From the NCBI GenBank assembly GCA_001724265.1, contig MEDY01000005.1, positions 1 to 64,000 on the forward strand: a stretch of 64,000 nt of DNA, in the 5' to 3' direction. This document shows, piece after piece, positions 1 to 11,347 of this stretch; within the stretch, counting starts at the first letter, position 1; every line of letters begins with the position of its first letter. The position numbers and the translations under genes are program-made. Source of the DNA: Rhizaria sp. SCN 62-66 (taxonomy: Eukaryota). Below the pieces are notes generated by a model. It searched no databases. It was not told the origin of the DNA and was given only the letters and a program-made list of their open reading frames with translations.

Positions 1-98
1 CCACCCTTATATGGCCGCGGGGAATTGATGTTTGGTGGTGTTTGCCCCAGTGTGAGCCTGTGAGACTTGGTGTTTTATGCAGAATGTCGGTTGTGACA
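1..98. repeat. Copy 1 of a dispersed direct repeat (partner at 6308..6410); possible transposon/LTR edge
   Basis: 34..70 is identical over 37 bp to 6341..6377 (GGTGGTGTTTGCCCCAGTGTGAGCCTGTGAGACTTGG). 83..98 matches 6395..6410 with 1 mismatch. Similarity stops after TGT(G/A)ACA. Confidence 0.75.
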
Positions 99-695
99 AT
101 ATGTGATTGAATATTTACTTGTTGACGCGTAGTAACATGTTGTATACTATTCCATTATTATTATTGCAACAGAAGCCGTATATCGGCTTCAGCTCCACCC
201 CAGGAGGCTTGTTCAGGTGAGTTCCACCGGATCATTAGACTCATATGTACACTTAGCAGAAGTACACAAGATATCAAACTTTGTAGCAGTGTAGTACACG
301 TGGGGACAAGTTTAGTTAACACAATATATCAACACGTATCCAACATATTACTCGTTATATATCGTGATTGGTCAAAATGTTTAACAATATGTACATGTTA
401 ACAATCGATATAGGTATTCGGAAGAGGCCCCACGCATTACAATAGTTGTGACTCATACTATATCTCAATTTCTAAGTCATAGATGTTGACGCTGATCAGA
501 AACATCTTGGTATGTGAAGTCATGGGATGTCTGACCACCTCGAGTCTTGGAGACCAGTCACAGATTTTGCAACAAAATAACGATTATCGGACTGTACCAC
601 AAAGTTCTACAGATATAATTAACCCAGATTGTAAATAACTCTACTTAAAACTTGTGTCACTGTTTGATTTTGTCATTAACGGAATATAGAGAGCT

Positions 696-3254
696 ATGCA
701 GCACGGTCCAGCGTTGCCAGATGGACCTCCAGTAGCCCACGCTCTACACACTTCTTCTGCGACCTCTGCGTCACTCCATCCTCTATCATCCACTTCGCCG
801 CTGTTTTCAGCACACATGTCCGGTGACAGATTATACGAGACACCTTGCAACACCGTGCCTAGTGCCATATACGATGATGATTCGTCGTTTTCCTACGCGG
901 ATCGGCGGTGTCAGTTTCTGCCCCGTCCCCTCCCGCGGTCGTCAGTCATCCAAGTACAGGCTGTGGCAGCCCGCGCTCGCTACCTTGCGCAGCACACTGC
1001 TATGAACGGCATCACACGTTTTTCAGGAGCAGTATCCGCACGTTCTCACACATCTGGCAGCCCTTGCAGTGTCAATGCCAACAGCGCTGTAACTCATAAC
1101 GGGAGTGCTAGTGCCCGGACGCCCAACGAGCGCGAGCGCGCGCGCGCTGCCGCCGAGTCCGAGTCTATCGCGGCCGCTCTGGCAGCGCGCTCGATGCGCC
1201 TGCAGCCCGAATTTATTCGAGTCAGCAGCAACAACAACAACGCTCCCGTGATCACAACAAGGAGCAGCGACCGTGCACACAGTAAGAATGCTCACGCGGT
1301 ACGGCAGCCACGACAGCGCTTTGCGACCAGCAACCCCACCCCTCCCGCCGCAGCCACCACCGCAAGCACGGGTGGCTTTAGCCCCGCCGCTGCAGCTGCG
1401 AGCGCGGCCGCGGGCGCGAATGCAGGGATCGGCGCGAGCGCAGGCGTCTGCGGCGGCGGCTGGGTCGCTGGAGTCGCGCCCGTGACCGGCACTGGTGCGG
1501 TCATCCCCCCGCTCACAGGCAGCTGGACCTTCACGAGCGCGCACAGCGGCACCGCTAACGCGCAGAACCAGCCCAGCAGTGACAACAGTCACTCTGCGAG
1601 TATGCAGAGCCATACGCAGAGTCATCGGCAGCGTGCGTTTTACGCGCATCCACTCGACGGCCGCGTGAATGTGATGCGTCCTGACCCTCACACGTTTGAT
1701 AACACGACAAACAACAGCAATACTGTGAACACAACCACGAGCAGCGCGAGTGCGCGGACTCTCACACACGGAAGCACGGCTCACAGCCGTTCGTCTCGCT
1801 CTCGGATCGACCGCGCGGCAACTGCCGTCGGCCACTGGGTGGACAAGACGCTGACGCAGGCGAGCCAGGATGCCGCTGCGCAGAAACATCAGCAACTGCA
1901 GCATCAAGAACAGATGCAACAGCAGCAAACTGCAAGTGCAGCAGCTCAGTTGCCTCCCCCAGTTGCACTGCTGCCCCCACTGCCTTCAAGCTTCGCAACG
2001 TCTCTCGCTGCGCCTGGTACGCTAATATGATATTACTCCACATAATTTCGGCTTGGATCTTATGTATTTTGTGCGTCCTTACATATTGCTCCTATAATTG
2101 TTTCTTTGTGCATCATCTTGGTTTCTGCAGGCCATAAGCCTTTACTGCCGTCCGCGGCCGCCGCCGCGACAACCGCGGCCGCTGCCGGCCCCAGCGCGCC
2201 CCCAAGCGGCAGCGGGACTGAGGCCGCCACGGGCGAGTGGGCTCTGGCACAGGCGCTGAGGCAGAAGATTCTCCCGTGGCACAAGTACGAACAGAAAGCA
2301 AATGCGCAAGAACAGGACAACCACCATGAGAAGATGCAGTCCTACGGCGCTGTCGCTCAGTATGAACAGCATCAACAGCTCGATCATGTGCAAGTTGAAG
2401 GCCGCGGTCATGCGTCAGGACATGTTTCTTCTGCTCATGCTGCAGATTGTTGCCACAACACTATTGCAGGAGATGTTGTCCCTGCTCCCGCTAATCCCGA
2501 GACTGATCTCACTACTCCTGGCACTGGCACTAACATCGACACCGGGAACACAAACACAAAGAACATCGACGGATCTGAGAACAACAGCATCCATGCTCAC
2601 ACGTCTAGTTCTCGCGAATCAAACACAACTCGTGTCGCCACTCAGCGTCTCGAACATGATCCCACCCGATTCCTCTCTGCTGCCGCCGCTGCAGTTGCCA
2701 ACAACTCGTCCTCTTTGACGCAGCTCCACCACGACTGCGCTGCAGGCAATCGAGCGAACGCGGCCGCAATTGTCGCCGCGAACGCGCACTCACCGTGCCA
2801 CCGCGGCGACAGCCACTGCAGCACCGCGGCCGCCGCTGCCAGTGTGCCTGCGCCCGCGGCGTCTGCGAACAGGAGCACGCGCAGTGGCCGCGGTCCTAGC
2901 CAGCAGGGCGCTCATGGAGACTTTGAGACAGATCATGCCAAGAACAACAATGTCGCGCTTATGGGCAGTGCTGAGAGCTGGGGGTGGAGTAATGGAGCTA
3001 CTCGCGACAACGTGAATGTTACTATTGCAGCTGATACAGCTGCTTTAGATGTGCAAGATCTGCCCAATATGCATGCTCCTGGCCAATCTGCTGACACGGT
3101 GGTCCACGGCCAGCTCGAGGGCGGTCAGTCGAACAGCAACAGCCGCAGCCAACTCAGCGACTGCGGACAAGGCGACTGTGGACACTTAGACTGCGCTATT
3201 TGTGGGCGTGCACACCACTACAACACGATCGCACAACTGCATTAGCATCAACAT

Positions 3255-3296
<42 letters not shown>

Positions 3297-5924
3297 CAAC
3301 AGTCTATGCTCTAGCAACAAGAACAAGGCCCGCCAACATTTGGGACGTTTAGCATTGCAATTCAGTGTGATTGTGGCTTTGACAGTCGTGATAATAACGC
3401 TCAAGGTGGGCACTTGAATAACCAAGACGGCCACTCGCATGAATGTGCCCTGAACCCCGTCTATTTCCAACCACACAGCAACGCTTCTCAGTTGGTTGCC
3501 GATCACCACCCTATTGACGCAAGTGCTCACGGCCACTTGGTTGACAGCGCAGAGCAGCAAGGCGCGTCGCGCTCCGCTGCGATCGCGGCCATCATTGCCC
3601 GCGAAGCTGCTGCCGCCACGGCGTTGCAGCCGCTCAGTGTGGCGAACCCCGACTTGTACCAGTTGCCGCACTGTAATGAGTCCCTTAGTCATTCCCAGAG
3701 ACTGCAATCCACCACGGCGAACTCGTGCTTCGACAAGTCTCACACAAACGAGTCTGGTATTGTCGACACCAGCCCCAGTCGGGCCGCGAATGCTGCTGCG
3801 AGCAGCGATATCTGCGGTTTGTGCAACTCGTACTGCCACGGCCTCTGCCGCGGCCGGCGCCCTGCCGCCACCGCGGCGGTCTCTCTCGGCACCCACTGCT
3901 ACACCGGTACTGACTCCGCGTCAAGTGGCGCCGACAACGCTGCGTCCAACAACGACGTGGACGACTCCGTGCTCGCTCCCGCTGACCCCGCGGTGGCGAC
4001 TGCGCTCACTCAGCAGCACACGGCTCTGGCGCGGCGCCGCCTCGGGCCCGGCTGGGGCCGCGCGCCCCCCGCGCCCGCCGCGCCCCCGCAACCGTCCTGC
4101 GGCAGCGGCAACGGCAACGCCAGCAGCAAGAGCAACACGCAAGGGGCCCCTGAGCCATGTCTCGGCACAAGCGCCGTCCGCCTCACCACCCCGATCAACC
4201 GGAATCCCAGCGCCTCCTCCGGCGCGGCCGAGGCGAAGCGGTACGGTGCGGTGCTGGGCCGCGCGCCGGTGTGGGCGCGCTCGGCGCTGCCGGGAGCGGG
4301 GCCAGGCGCGCACGGGGTCATGTACGTTCCGCTGAGCCGGGAAGGCAAGGAAAAGGTGCTGGGCGAGCAGCAGCAGCGGCGCGAGTGGCATGAGCACTGC
4401 GTGCAGCAGCAGCGGGAACAGCAGTACTTGCAATACCAGCAGTTCCAGCAAAGTCAACACATGGGGATGAGTACAAACAGCATGGGCAAGCATGAACACG
4501 CGCAGTCGGCACATGTCGTGCCTCCTCCTGCTGTGTCGTCTGACTTGTTTACTGTCAGTGTTCATGATCCCAAGGCCGTGATGCCGCATTCAACGCTCGA
4601 CGCAAGTGGCCGCGGTCCAAGCGATTGCGCGCTCGGATTGCCCCCGATGCCGCTGCCACAGTGCGCGTCTGCCGCGAGTCTCGGGGCTCACAGTCAGACG
4701 GCCTGCAGCCGCAGTCGCGCGACGAGCCACATGAACAACTCGACTGCGACTCTTGTCGATCCTGTTTTGAATGACGCTTCTCGTGCAACTGCTAGCCTTG
4801 TTCGCAGTCAGTCTGTGTCCGCTGGCGCGAATGATACCCGTGAGTTAGCTGCCAGAAGTAATGACGCTGTTTCCGCGCCTGATGAGATACATGTAACAGA
4901 GGCTGTTCCTGAAACGGTTGCTGTCGTCAACGACTTCTCCGCTGTGGATTCACGTGATCCGGCTGGCTCACACAGCAATGACAGAAGCGCGTTTGTTCCT
5001 CAGGACAACGGTGTGTCGGTTCAACAAGAGACTGATGAGCATATGCAGCACTCAACACTCACATTGCATCATTTATCGTCATTGCCACATTCACAATTGC
5101 CGCATGGGAGCACAAGTCATGAACCCCCTCGCTACTTTCAGCAGTTGCCACCTCAGCAGCAGCCTCAGTACACAGTTGCTAACTATGCGGGCGGTCAAAG
5201 CAACCAATACCACGATACATCGCAGCCAAGTCAGCAGTCCCAGTTCGCGAAGTCATTTAACTCAGTAGGCGCTGCCGCTTCACTCCGCACTCCCCCGCCG
5301 TCCTCTGGCGATGTGAGTACCCCCTTAGCTTCCGCACCAACGTCCTCGCTGGCGTTCCGTGCGTGGCTGCAGAGCCGGCGCAGCCCGGGCCTCAGGGCCG
5401 ACGGGCTTGTTAGGGAAGCACTGGCCGAAGGGCGGGTGCGGCTCAACTATACCAGCACCGCCGCCACCAATGCCTCGATCGGGACCCCAACTGAGACTAG
5501 CCATGGATCTGTTAGTCGTGCCGAGAGTGGTTTGCCTGGTTACATCCTGCCGCGCACCGCAACGCGGCACAACGCACGCCTCTCGGCAGACGTGGTTGCG
5601 ATCCCGGTTGCTGATGTCGGGTCGCGGCCGCTATCGCGCTCACGGTCACCGATGCAGCTGAGTCAAAGCAATCAACGGAGTGACAATCAGAACCATCGCC
5701 ATGATCAGCAAGTACAGCATCAGGCCTCATTGCAGGACAGCCAACAGTTCCTGTCGGCTCGTTTTGAAACCTGGGCGAGCGAGCATCGCCATCTTAACAA
5801 CGCTGTTGTGGGAGATCCTGTGGACAGTGCTGCTGCAGCGTTGGCGAATATGACGGAGCAACAAGTTGCAGCGGTGCTAGCACGGGCAGCAATGATGCGT
5901 GGTCAACAACAGTAGCATCTGTAA
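696..5924 (+). CDS. Low-complexity Gln/His/Ala/Asn/Ser-rich protein of unknown function (~1,704 aa); join(696..2016,2131..5924); 3 in-frame TAG read as Gln (3243, 3312, 5913)
   Basis: Intron 2017..2130 (GTACGC...CTGCAG, phase 1) joins ORF 696..2030 to ORF 2106..3245. ORFs 2106..3245 and 3414..5915 are in the same frame and separated only by TAG 3243-3245 and TAG 3312-3314 around a CAG/CAA run. After TAG 5913 the frame ends at TAA 5922-5924. Confidence 0.65.
3246..3302 (+). repeat. CAG/CAA trinucleotide run (poly-Gln) bracketed by in-frame TAG codons
   Basis: CAT TAG CAT CAA CAT CAA (CAG)10 (CAA)4 CAG TCT ATG CTC TAG CAA CAA. Confidence 0.9.
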
Positions 5925-6131
5925 CGTGGGCATTTTGGGTATGAGGAGAACGACTGATTCGCACGGAGTAAACGCACATCATTCTCGTCACCCGCTTCAG
6001 AAGCAATTGTCATTGCCTACCAGGGAAAACTGCTCTATTAATATGGCTGGCCAAGCTGGCGTGACAATCCAATTGTTACCGCCGACATTCTGCATTAAAT
6101 GCCAATCGACCGCATTTGCCGCCCGCGATTT

Positions 6132-6315
6132 AAAGGTGGCGTTTCTTGTGAACACACACTTCGTTTTCCTGTGAACACAGACTCTCTTTTTCCTATGAAA
6201 ACAATAAGAACTAAGTATATAATTCGAATTATATGTTGTGTCTCTGATATTATAAATTGTTATTGTTGTTTTCACAGAAAAGAGAAGTCTGTGTTCACAG
6301 GAAAACGCCACCTTT
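6132..6315. mobile_element. Foldback/MITE-like inverted-repeat element (~184 bp)
   Basis: Left arm AAAGGTGGCGTTTCTTGTGAACACACACTTC... is the near-perfect reverse complement of right arm ...GAAGTCTGTGTTCACAGGAAAACGCCACCTTT. The left arm carries tandem TGTGAACACA sub-repeats and the AT-rich centre holds the palindrome ATATAATTCGAATTATAT. No clear target-site duplication. Confidence 0.55.
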
Positions 6316-6410
6316 CTTTACCCGCCCCGAAACGACCGTGGGTGGTGTTTGCCCCAGTGTGAGCCTGTGAGACTTGGCATTTTATTAATATCTAAATGTC
6401 GGTTGTAACA
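6308..6410. repeat. Copy 2 of the dispersed direct repeat (partner at 1..98)
   Basis: Same 37-bp core and AATGTCGGTTGT(A/G)ACA terminus. CCACC lies 33 nt upstream of the core in both copies. Confidence 0.75.
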
Positions 6411-6883
6411 CCAATACAATACAAGGACCATTCAATTTTCAACTTTTGTTCGCCCACTACTCAGTCGATGGATCGGTGTTCTTGTGATCGAAAAGAAGGG
6501 TGGGTTGGAATGAATCTGGGAGAATTTCGGAAGTGAGCGACTTGTTGAAGAAGTCAAGCATAGTATTATCTAAAACTTCCGCGTGAGTTTTGGAGAATTT
6601 GCGCTCTATAATCGATGATTCAAGGGTATAGTTTGGGAAATAATAATTCACGATAGCATAATATTTTGTGCACCGATGTACACTTCGATTCTGTGCTCTA
6701 TATTGTGGTTCGTTTGCTTGCGGGCGCCTTAAGTCCGCCCGTCAACATTGGTGTGTACATTTTGCGGCAAGTAGCACTCGAGGCGACATTCGCACAATTT
6801 ATTCTACCCATGTTTGTTTTGTATGTTTGATTTGTCTTTTATTTTGCGTTTTTATAGCTTATCTCATCTCAACGTCTACGCAC

Positions 6884-8920
6884 ATGCGCAGCTCGCGAGC
6901 CAGGCCTCGCGGCGATCCTGTTGGCAATGCTTCCAACCGCATCGCGGCAATGAACTCAGCTCAACCCACCAACCTTATTGCGACCAACGCTTCTGGTTTT
7001 AACACAGCGGCATCCCGGACGGCTCAGACCACAGAGCCATCACTCGCTCAGGCATGTGCCACCCCTAGCTTGCCGCGCACCGCTGCCGCAGCTGCTACTG
7101 CTGCTGCCGCAGCTGCTACAGCTGCTGCAGAATTTGATCGTCCGACAGTTAAGCGCCCCCGTTTGCTGCAGGGCACAGTAATTGTTGCCGCTACATCTGA
7201 CACTGCGACCGCGGGCGTTGCTGCTGTGTCCACAGACGCTGCAGCTATTGCTGCTGCCGCGGCGGCGGTGGCGGTGGCGAGCTCACCTGCTGCGCCCGTC
7301 ACCGCGCCTGGCCTATCCCCCCTCAGATTTGCTGCTCCAGCAGTCGCGATACCAAAGGGAGCTAAGACAACCAAGTCGCGTGCCACTGCCGCTGCTGCAG
7401 CGGCAGCGGCGGAGGCGGAGGCGGCGGCGAAGGCGGCGAAGGCGGCGGCGGAGGCGGCGGACGCTGCACCTAAGCCATGCGCCGCGCCTGACGCTGCACC
7501 TGGCCTGTTCCCCCTCAGTCTTGCTGCTCCAGCAGTCGCAAGGGCCAAGGCAGCTAAGCCGCGTGTCACTGCAGCTTTGACACTCGTCCCTGCTTTTCAA
7601 GGATTCGCCACTGCTCACCCATCGTCACCTGCTTCGTTATCGTCCCCGGCTGCTCTCGCGTCTCCCAGTGCATTCAGGCCCCCAGCTCAGTCTTTGGCCT
7701 CACCAACGGCCCCCGGCGTACGCATGTTTCCAGGTATGTACTTGCCCACTTCTGCGCTCACCACTGCTTCGAGCGTTCACGCTTCACCTGTTGTTCACAC
7801 TCCTGTTGATGCTAGTGTGGACCACGTGAGCTCTGCGAGTGCCGCCGTCGGATACTCGGATGATGATATGGATTCTGCGAGTGATGTCTCACGCAACACG
7901 CTGCAAACCATGTCTGGTCTTCCGGGTCCCATAGTTTCGACATTGCGCCATAAGACAGTCGTGCTCAATGCCGTCATCGCCGAACGTCTTAGGATGTTAA
8001 TCGGCCAACTGAAGCGCTTTCTTTCGGCGTATCAATCCGACAAGACCGCCAACAGCAACGCGTTTACCTCGTTTATGAACGAGCACCGTGACAACATTTC
8101 AACATACGACCTCGATGTCACTAAACTCAGCACCACATGTAAGTGGGACTCCACGATGCCGGCCGTACTCGGGTTTCTTGCAGGTCTGAACAAGTATCGG
8201 TATAACGATTCGGAGGTCTACAAGCTTGTCTCTTGCTATCTTCTCATTCATATTGGCATTGTTGTCCAACCTGAAGCTGTGAAGGCGAAGCTCAGGGAGG
8301 AGCGGCTCCGCTACACTGGCGCACTGCTTCTCTGCTTTGACAGCAACTACATCAAGCGCACCGGCGTTAACATCGATCTAGACGTTCCATATGGGCAATC
8401 AATTGATCCAGATCTTGTCAATAATGTCCTTGTTGAGACTGCAGGTAAGACGATAAATGGCGTTAACGCTACGGCTGCAATTCATTTTGTTGCTGCCAAT
8501 AATAAGCTGTTGCCCATCCCCCACTTCCACCTGTTCCACTCTGTGACGCAGTTTGGCTCTCATGATTTTAACAGGTTGAACATGGAGTCTGCCGGTGGGG
8601 CGTTATACATGGAGTTCGAACCCAACAGCTCCGATGCCAAAGCACAGGAGACTCTCCGTCGTGGTATGTTTGCTCAGACTGACGAACAGATTAGCGACCT
8701 CCGCCGCATCAAGGAGTTGGAAGTCAAGCTTGCTGCCGAGATTGAGAAAAACAACGCTCTTTCGAGCGAAGTCTCTGGGATGAAAGCATCAGTTGATAAG
8801 ATTCTTGAAGAGTTTGGGATCATGAAGAAGGCTAGTGCTGAGCAAGAAAAGACCCTGGTCAAGCTACTCCGCACATTCAGTGGCGAGACCGCGAACCCCC
8901 AAAATGCAACCCAACCTTGA
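6884..8920 (+). CDS. Hypothetical protein (~678 aa): Ala/Pro-rich N-half, globular-looking C-half with terminal coiled coil
   Basis: Intronless ORF with likely ATG at 6884 (in frame with ORF 6668..8920) and TGA stop. Heptad-like C-terminus (DLRRIKELEVKLAAEIEKNNALSSEV). No family recognised. Confidence 0.6.
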   Translation: MRSSRARPRGDPVGNASNRIAAMNSAQPTNLIATNASGFNTAASRTAQTTEPSLAQACATPSLPRTAAAAATAAAAAATAAAEFDRPTVKRPRLLQGTVIVAATSDTATAGVAAVSTDAAAIAAAAAAVAVASSPAAPVTAPGLSPLRFAAPAVAIPKGAKTTKSRATAAAAAAAAEAEAAAKAAKAAAEAADAAPKPCAAPDAAPGLFPLSLAAPAVARAKAAKPRVTAALTLVPAFQGFATAHPSSPASLSSPAALASPSAFRPPAQSLASPTAPGVRMFPGMYLPTSALTTASSVHASPVVHTPVDASVDHVSSASAAVGYSDDDMDSASDVSRNTLQTMSGLPGPIVSTLRHKTVVLNAVIAERLRMLIGQLKRFLSAYQSDKTANSNAFTSFMNEHRDNISTYDLDVTKLSTTCKWDSTMPAVLGFLAGLNKYRYNDSEVYKLVSCYLLIHIGIVVQPEAVKAKLREERLRYTGALLLCFDSNYIKRTGVNIDLDVPYGQSIDPDLVNNVLVETAGKTINGVNATAAIHFVAANNKLLPIPHFHLFHSVTQFGSHDFNRLNMESAGGALYMEFEPNSSDAKAQETLRRGMFAQTDEQISDLRRIKELEVKLAAEIEKNNALSSEVSGMKASVDKILEEFGIMKKASAEQEKTLVKLLRTFSGETANPQNATQP

Positions 8921-9101
8921 GGGGTGTGCGTGTGTGGTTTATATTTTAGTCACAGCATGTATTATTGAGCAAATATCGCACTTGAACATGCGAAAAAAAG
9001 CAAATAGTCGCACAAAAGACACACAGTCAAACAACATAAATTATATACCTTATCACAGTCCGTTCCAATTCCTATCTCAGTTAAGATCCCAGAGTTACTT
9101 C

Positions 9102-10684
9102 TTACTGGTCCCCGCCGAAGCGCGAGCGGTAGAAGTCGTAGCCGGCCTTGCCGACTGCGCCGGCGGCGAGACCCGCGGCGACGGCAAAGAGCCCGTTGCC
9201 GAGCGAGTCGAGGCTGGTGATGGCTTCGACCTGCTGCACCATGTAGTCGCGCGGCGTCTGTGGGACGAGAATCTCCTTGTGCACGAGCGTCATGCCGCCG
9301 TCGTCCGAGAGCGCGATGGTGCCGCGCAGAAACACAGGCAGCCCCAGCGGCACGCCCGCCTCGGTCTTCTGCAGCCCGACCACCCGCGGCGCCACGGGGG
9401 CCGCGGGCGCGGGCGCGGCCGAAGAGGAGCCCGAGCCAGTGTTTACGACTACCACGGTCGACGGAGCGGCGGCGGCCGCGCCGCCCCCGTTGTTAGCCGT
9501 AGCGGCGTGCTGTGTGACGGCCATGGTGGGGATGAAGAAGTTTGCGGGCACGTTGTGCGGGGGCACCTCGACCCACACGCCGCCGGCCTTCTTCTCGATT
9601 GGGTCCATCGGGCTAAGGAGGCGAATGACCACAGGGGAGACAAGTGTGACGATGATTGTTCGGACTGATACTGAAGACGTGATTGGGTCATTGGTATTGA
9701 TCTCAACGTAAAATTCATTTAATTGGACAATCAACAAGTTGTTTAAGAAATTGCCAACACTTGTGCTGTCGTATACCGCGATGTGTGATGGGTACGTACC
9801 GAGCGTCGGCGGGGTCGGCCCAGAACATGGGCTCGAGGAGCTCCTCAGGCGTCTGGCGCTTGCCGAAGATGGCGTCGCGGACCGAGGGAACGGCGTTGAG
9901 GAAAAAGCCACGGTTGTGCTCGTCGTCCTCCTGCTTGTTCTAAAATTATATCAACAAGAAGCAACATACGCGCAACATACGCAAATAAATGATGTGAAGG
10001 CGGATGTCAAACCAAAGGCAAATATGAATCACATGAAGACTATATACATAAACCCACGATGTCCAACGATGCAGAGTGTTTGATGATGGTGTGCGTTTGT
10101 CAGCGTACCTGGTAGTCCTCGTTGATGAGCTGTGCAACCTCGATGATGTTGAACTTGGCGCGGATGGCGGCGCGGCGCTGCAACTCGGCCTCGTCGATTT
10201 CGCCCTGGCCGTCCTGCGTCAGGCCCGTGCGGTAAAAGCTCGACGCGTCGATGAGCCCCAGCATGCGGCCACTGGTGACGGAGGAGAGCACGTTCTCGCG
10301 CTGCACGCGCTGCTGCGTCACGACCTCGGAGGTTTTGCCGTCGGGGCCCTGCTTGGTCTCCTTGATCACGTTCGTCTCCTCAATGATCTCCTTCTCCTCG
10401 GAGCGTAGCAACGCGTAATGCACGGGGCGACCGGCCTCCTTATCCTCGCGCGTCACCAGAGCGTTGCGGGGCGCCCATGCGTAGCCGAAGAGGTTCACCT
10501 TAATCGTGGGCTCTTGACCAGACTCGCGGAGAGAGCGGAGAATCTCGTGCGTCTCCCTCATCTGAATAACAGGGTCGTTGGCAATCTCAGTAATGCGTTC
10601 AGTCTCTGACGCGACGGAACGCTTGGTGAGATAACCAAGACCGCCGAAAACGGCGGAGCCGACTGCGAACGCAGAGGCAAGCAT
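9102..10684 (-). CDS. GIDE-domain-like two-TM membrane protein (MUL1/SP1-like architecture, no RING); join(10109..10684,9800..9939,9102..9612), ~408 aa
   Basis: Two GTACG...TAG introns with matching phases (0 and 2). N-terminal hydrophobic segment (AFAVGSAVFGGLGYL). VVGLQKTEAGVPLGLPVFLRGTIALSDDGGMTL resembles the GIDE C-terminal block and is followed by a second hydrophobic segment. TAA stop. Confidence 0.55.
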
Positions 10685-11347
10685 GAAACTATGGTAAGGG
10701 CAAACGGGGTTTCGAGAGAGCGAGTATTCACAACCTGTTAGCACAGACATGGTACATATTAATGAAGACGTAAACGTATGCACAGACTACTCCAAGAATA
10801 TGTTAGAAACAGACATCTTAACGATCGAATTGATGACTTCCATTCATTTCGCGCAAGAGCCACAGCTGGCCCCTGAGGTCACCACAAACCGCTGGCAATG
10901 GTGGCCGAGGACCACTGGTGTGAACCTGTGGTATCTGTAGAGTATCAATGAGTTGTTTCCTATGCGTGAACAGGAATAAATCCCGCGACATTAAACGACA
11001 GGTCATTTGAAAAGTGAAATTGCTGTTTGAAATATGGTGCTAATGTATCATTTTGCGAACTCGCTCACAGTACACCCGTGCCTTTCATTCTTAGAACTTC
11101 GCTTATGTGTATTGTTATTTGAGTGCTATTACGACGATAGCTGAAAGTTGGCATTCTACTGTACATCAGGTACATCAAAAAAATTATACAAAACAAAAAA
11201 TAGAGTTGGACCTCGACGTAAGCATCATCACAAACGACACCAAGGACACACCACGTTACTCAGCAGATCCGCGCTCAGTCAAACTCGGTGACGCGCCAGT
11301 GTCTGTCCTCGCGGGTATATTCGGAATGTGCCGTCTCTGATCAGTGC

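Noticed and set aside
172-190. GAAGCCG-TATAT-CGGCTTC hairpin as a Helitron end or terminator
   Set aside because: Only a 7-bp stem, with no CTRR terminus or U-tract after it.
3243-3314. In-frame TAGs as 3' splice acceptors or parts of hidden introns
   Set aside because: No GTA(C/A/T)G donor, pyrimidine tract or AT-rich intron-like composition nearby, and the flanks are in-frame poly-Gln. RNA-seq is still needed to exclude this fully.
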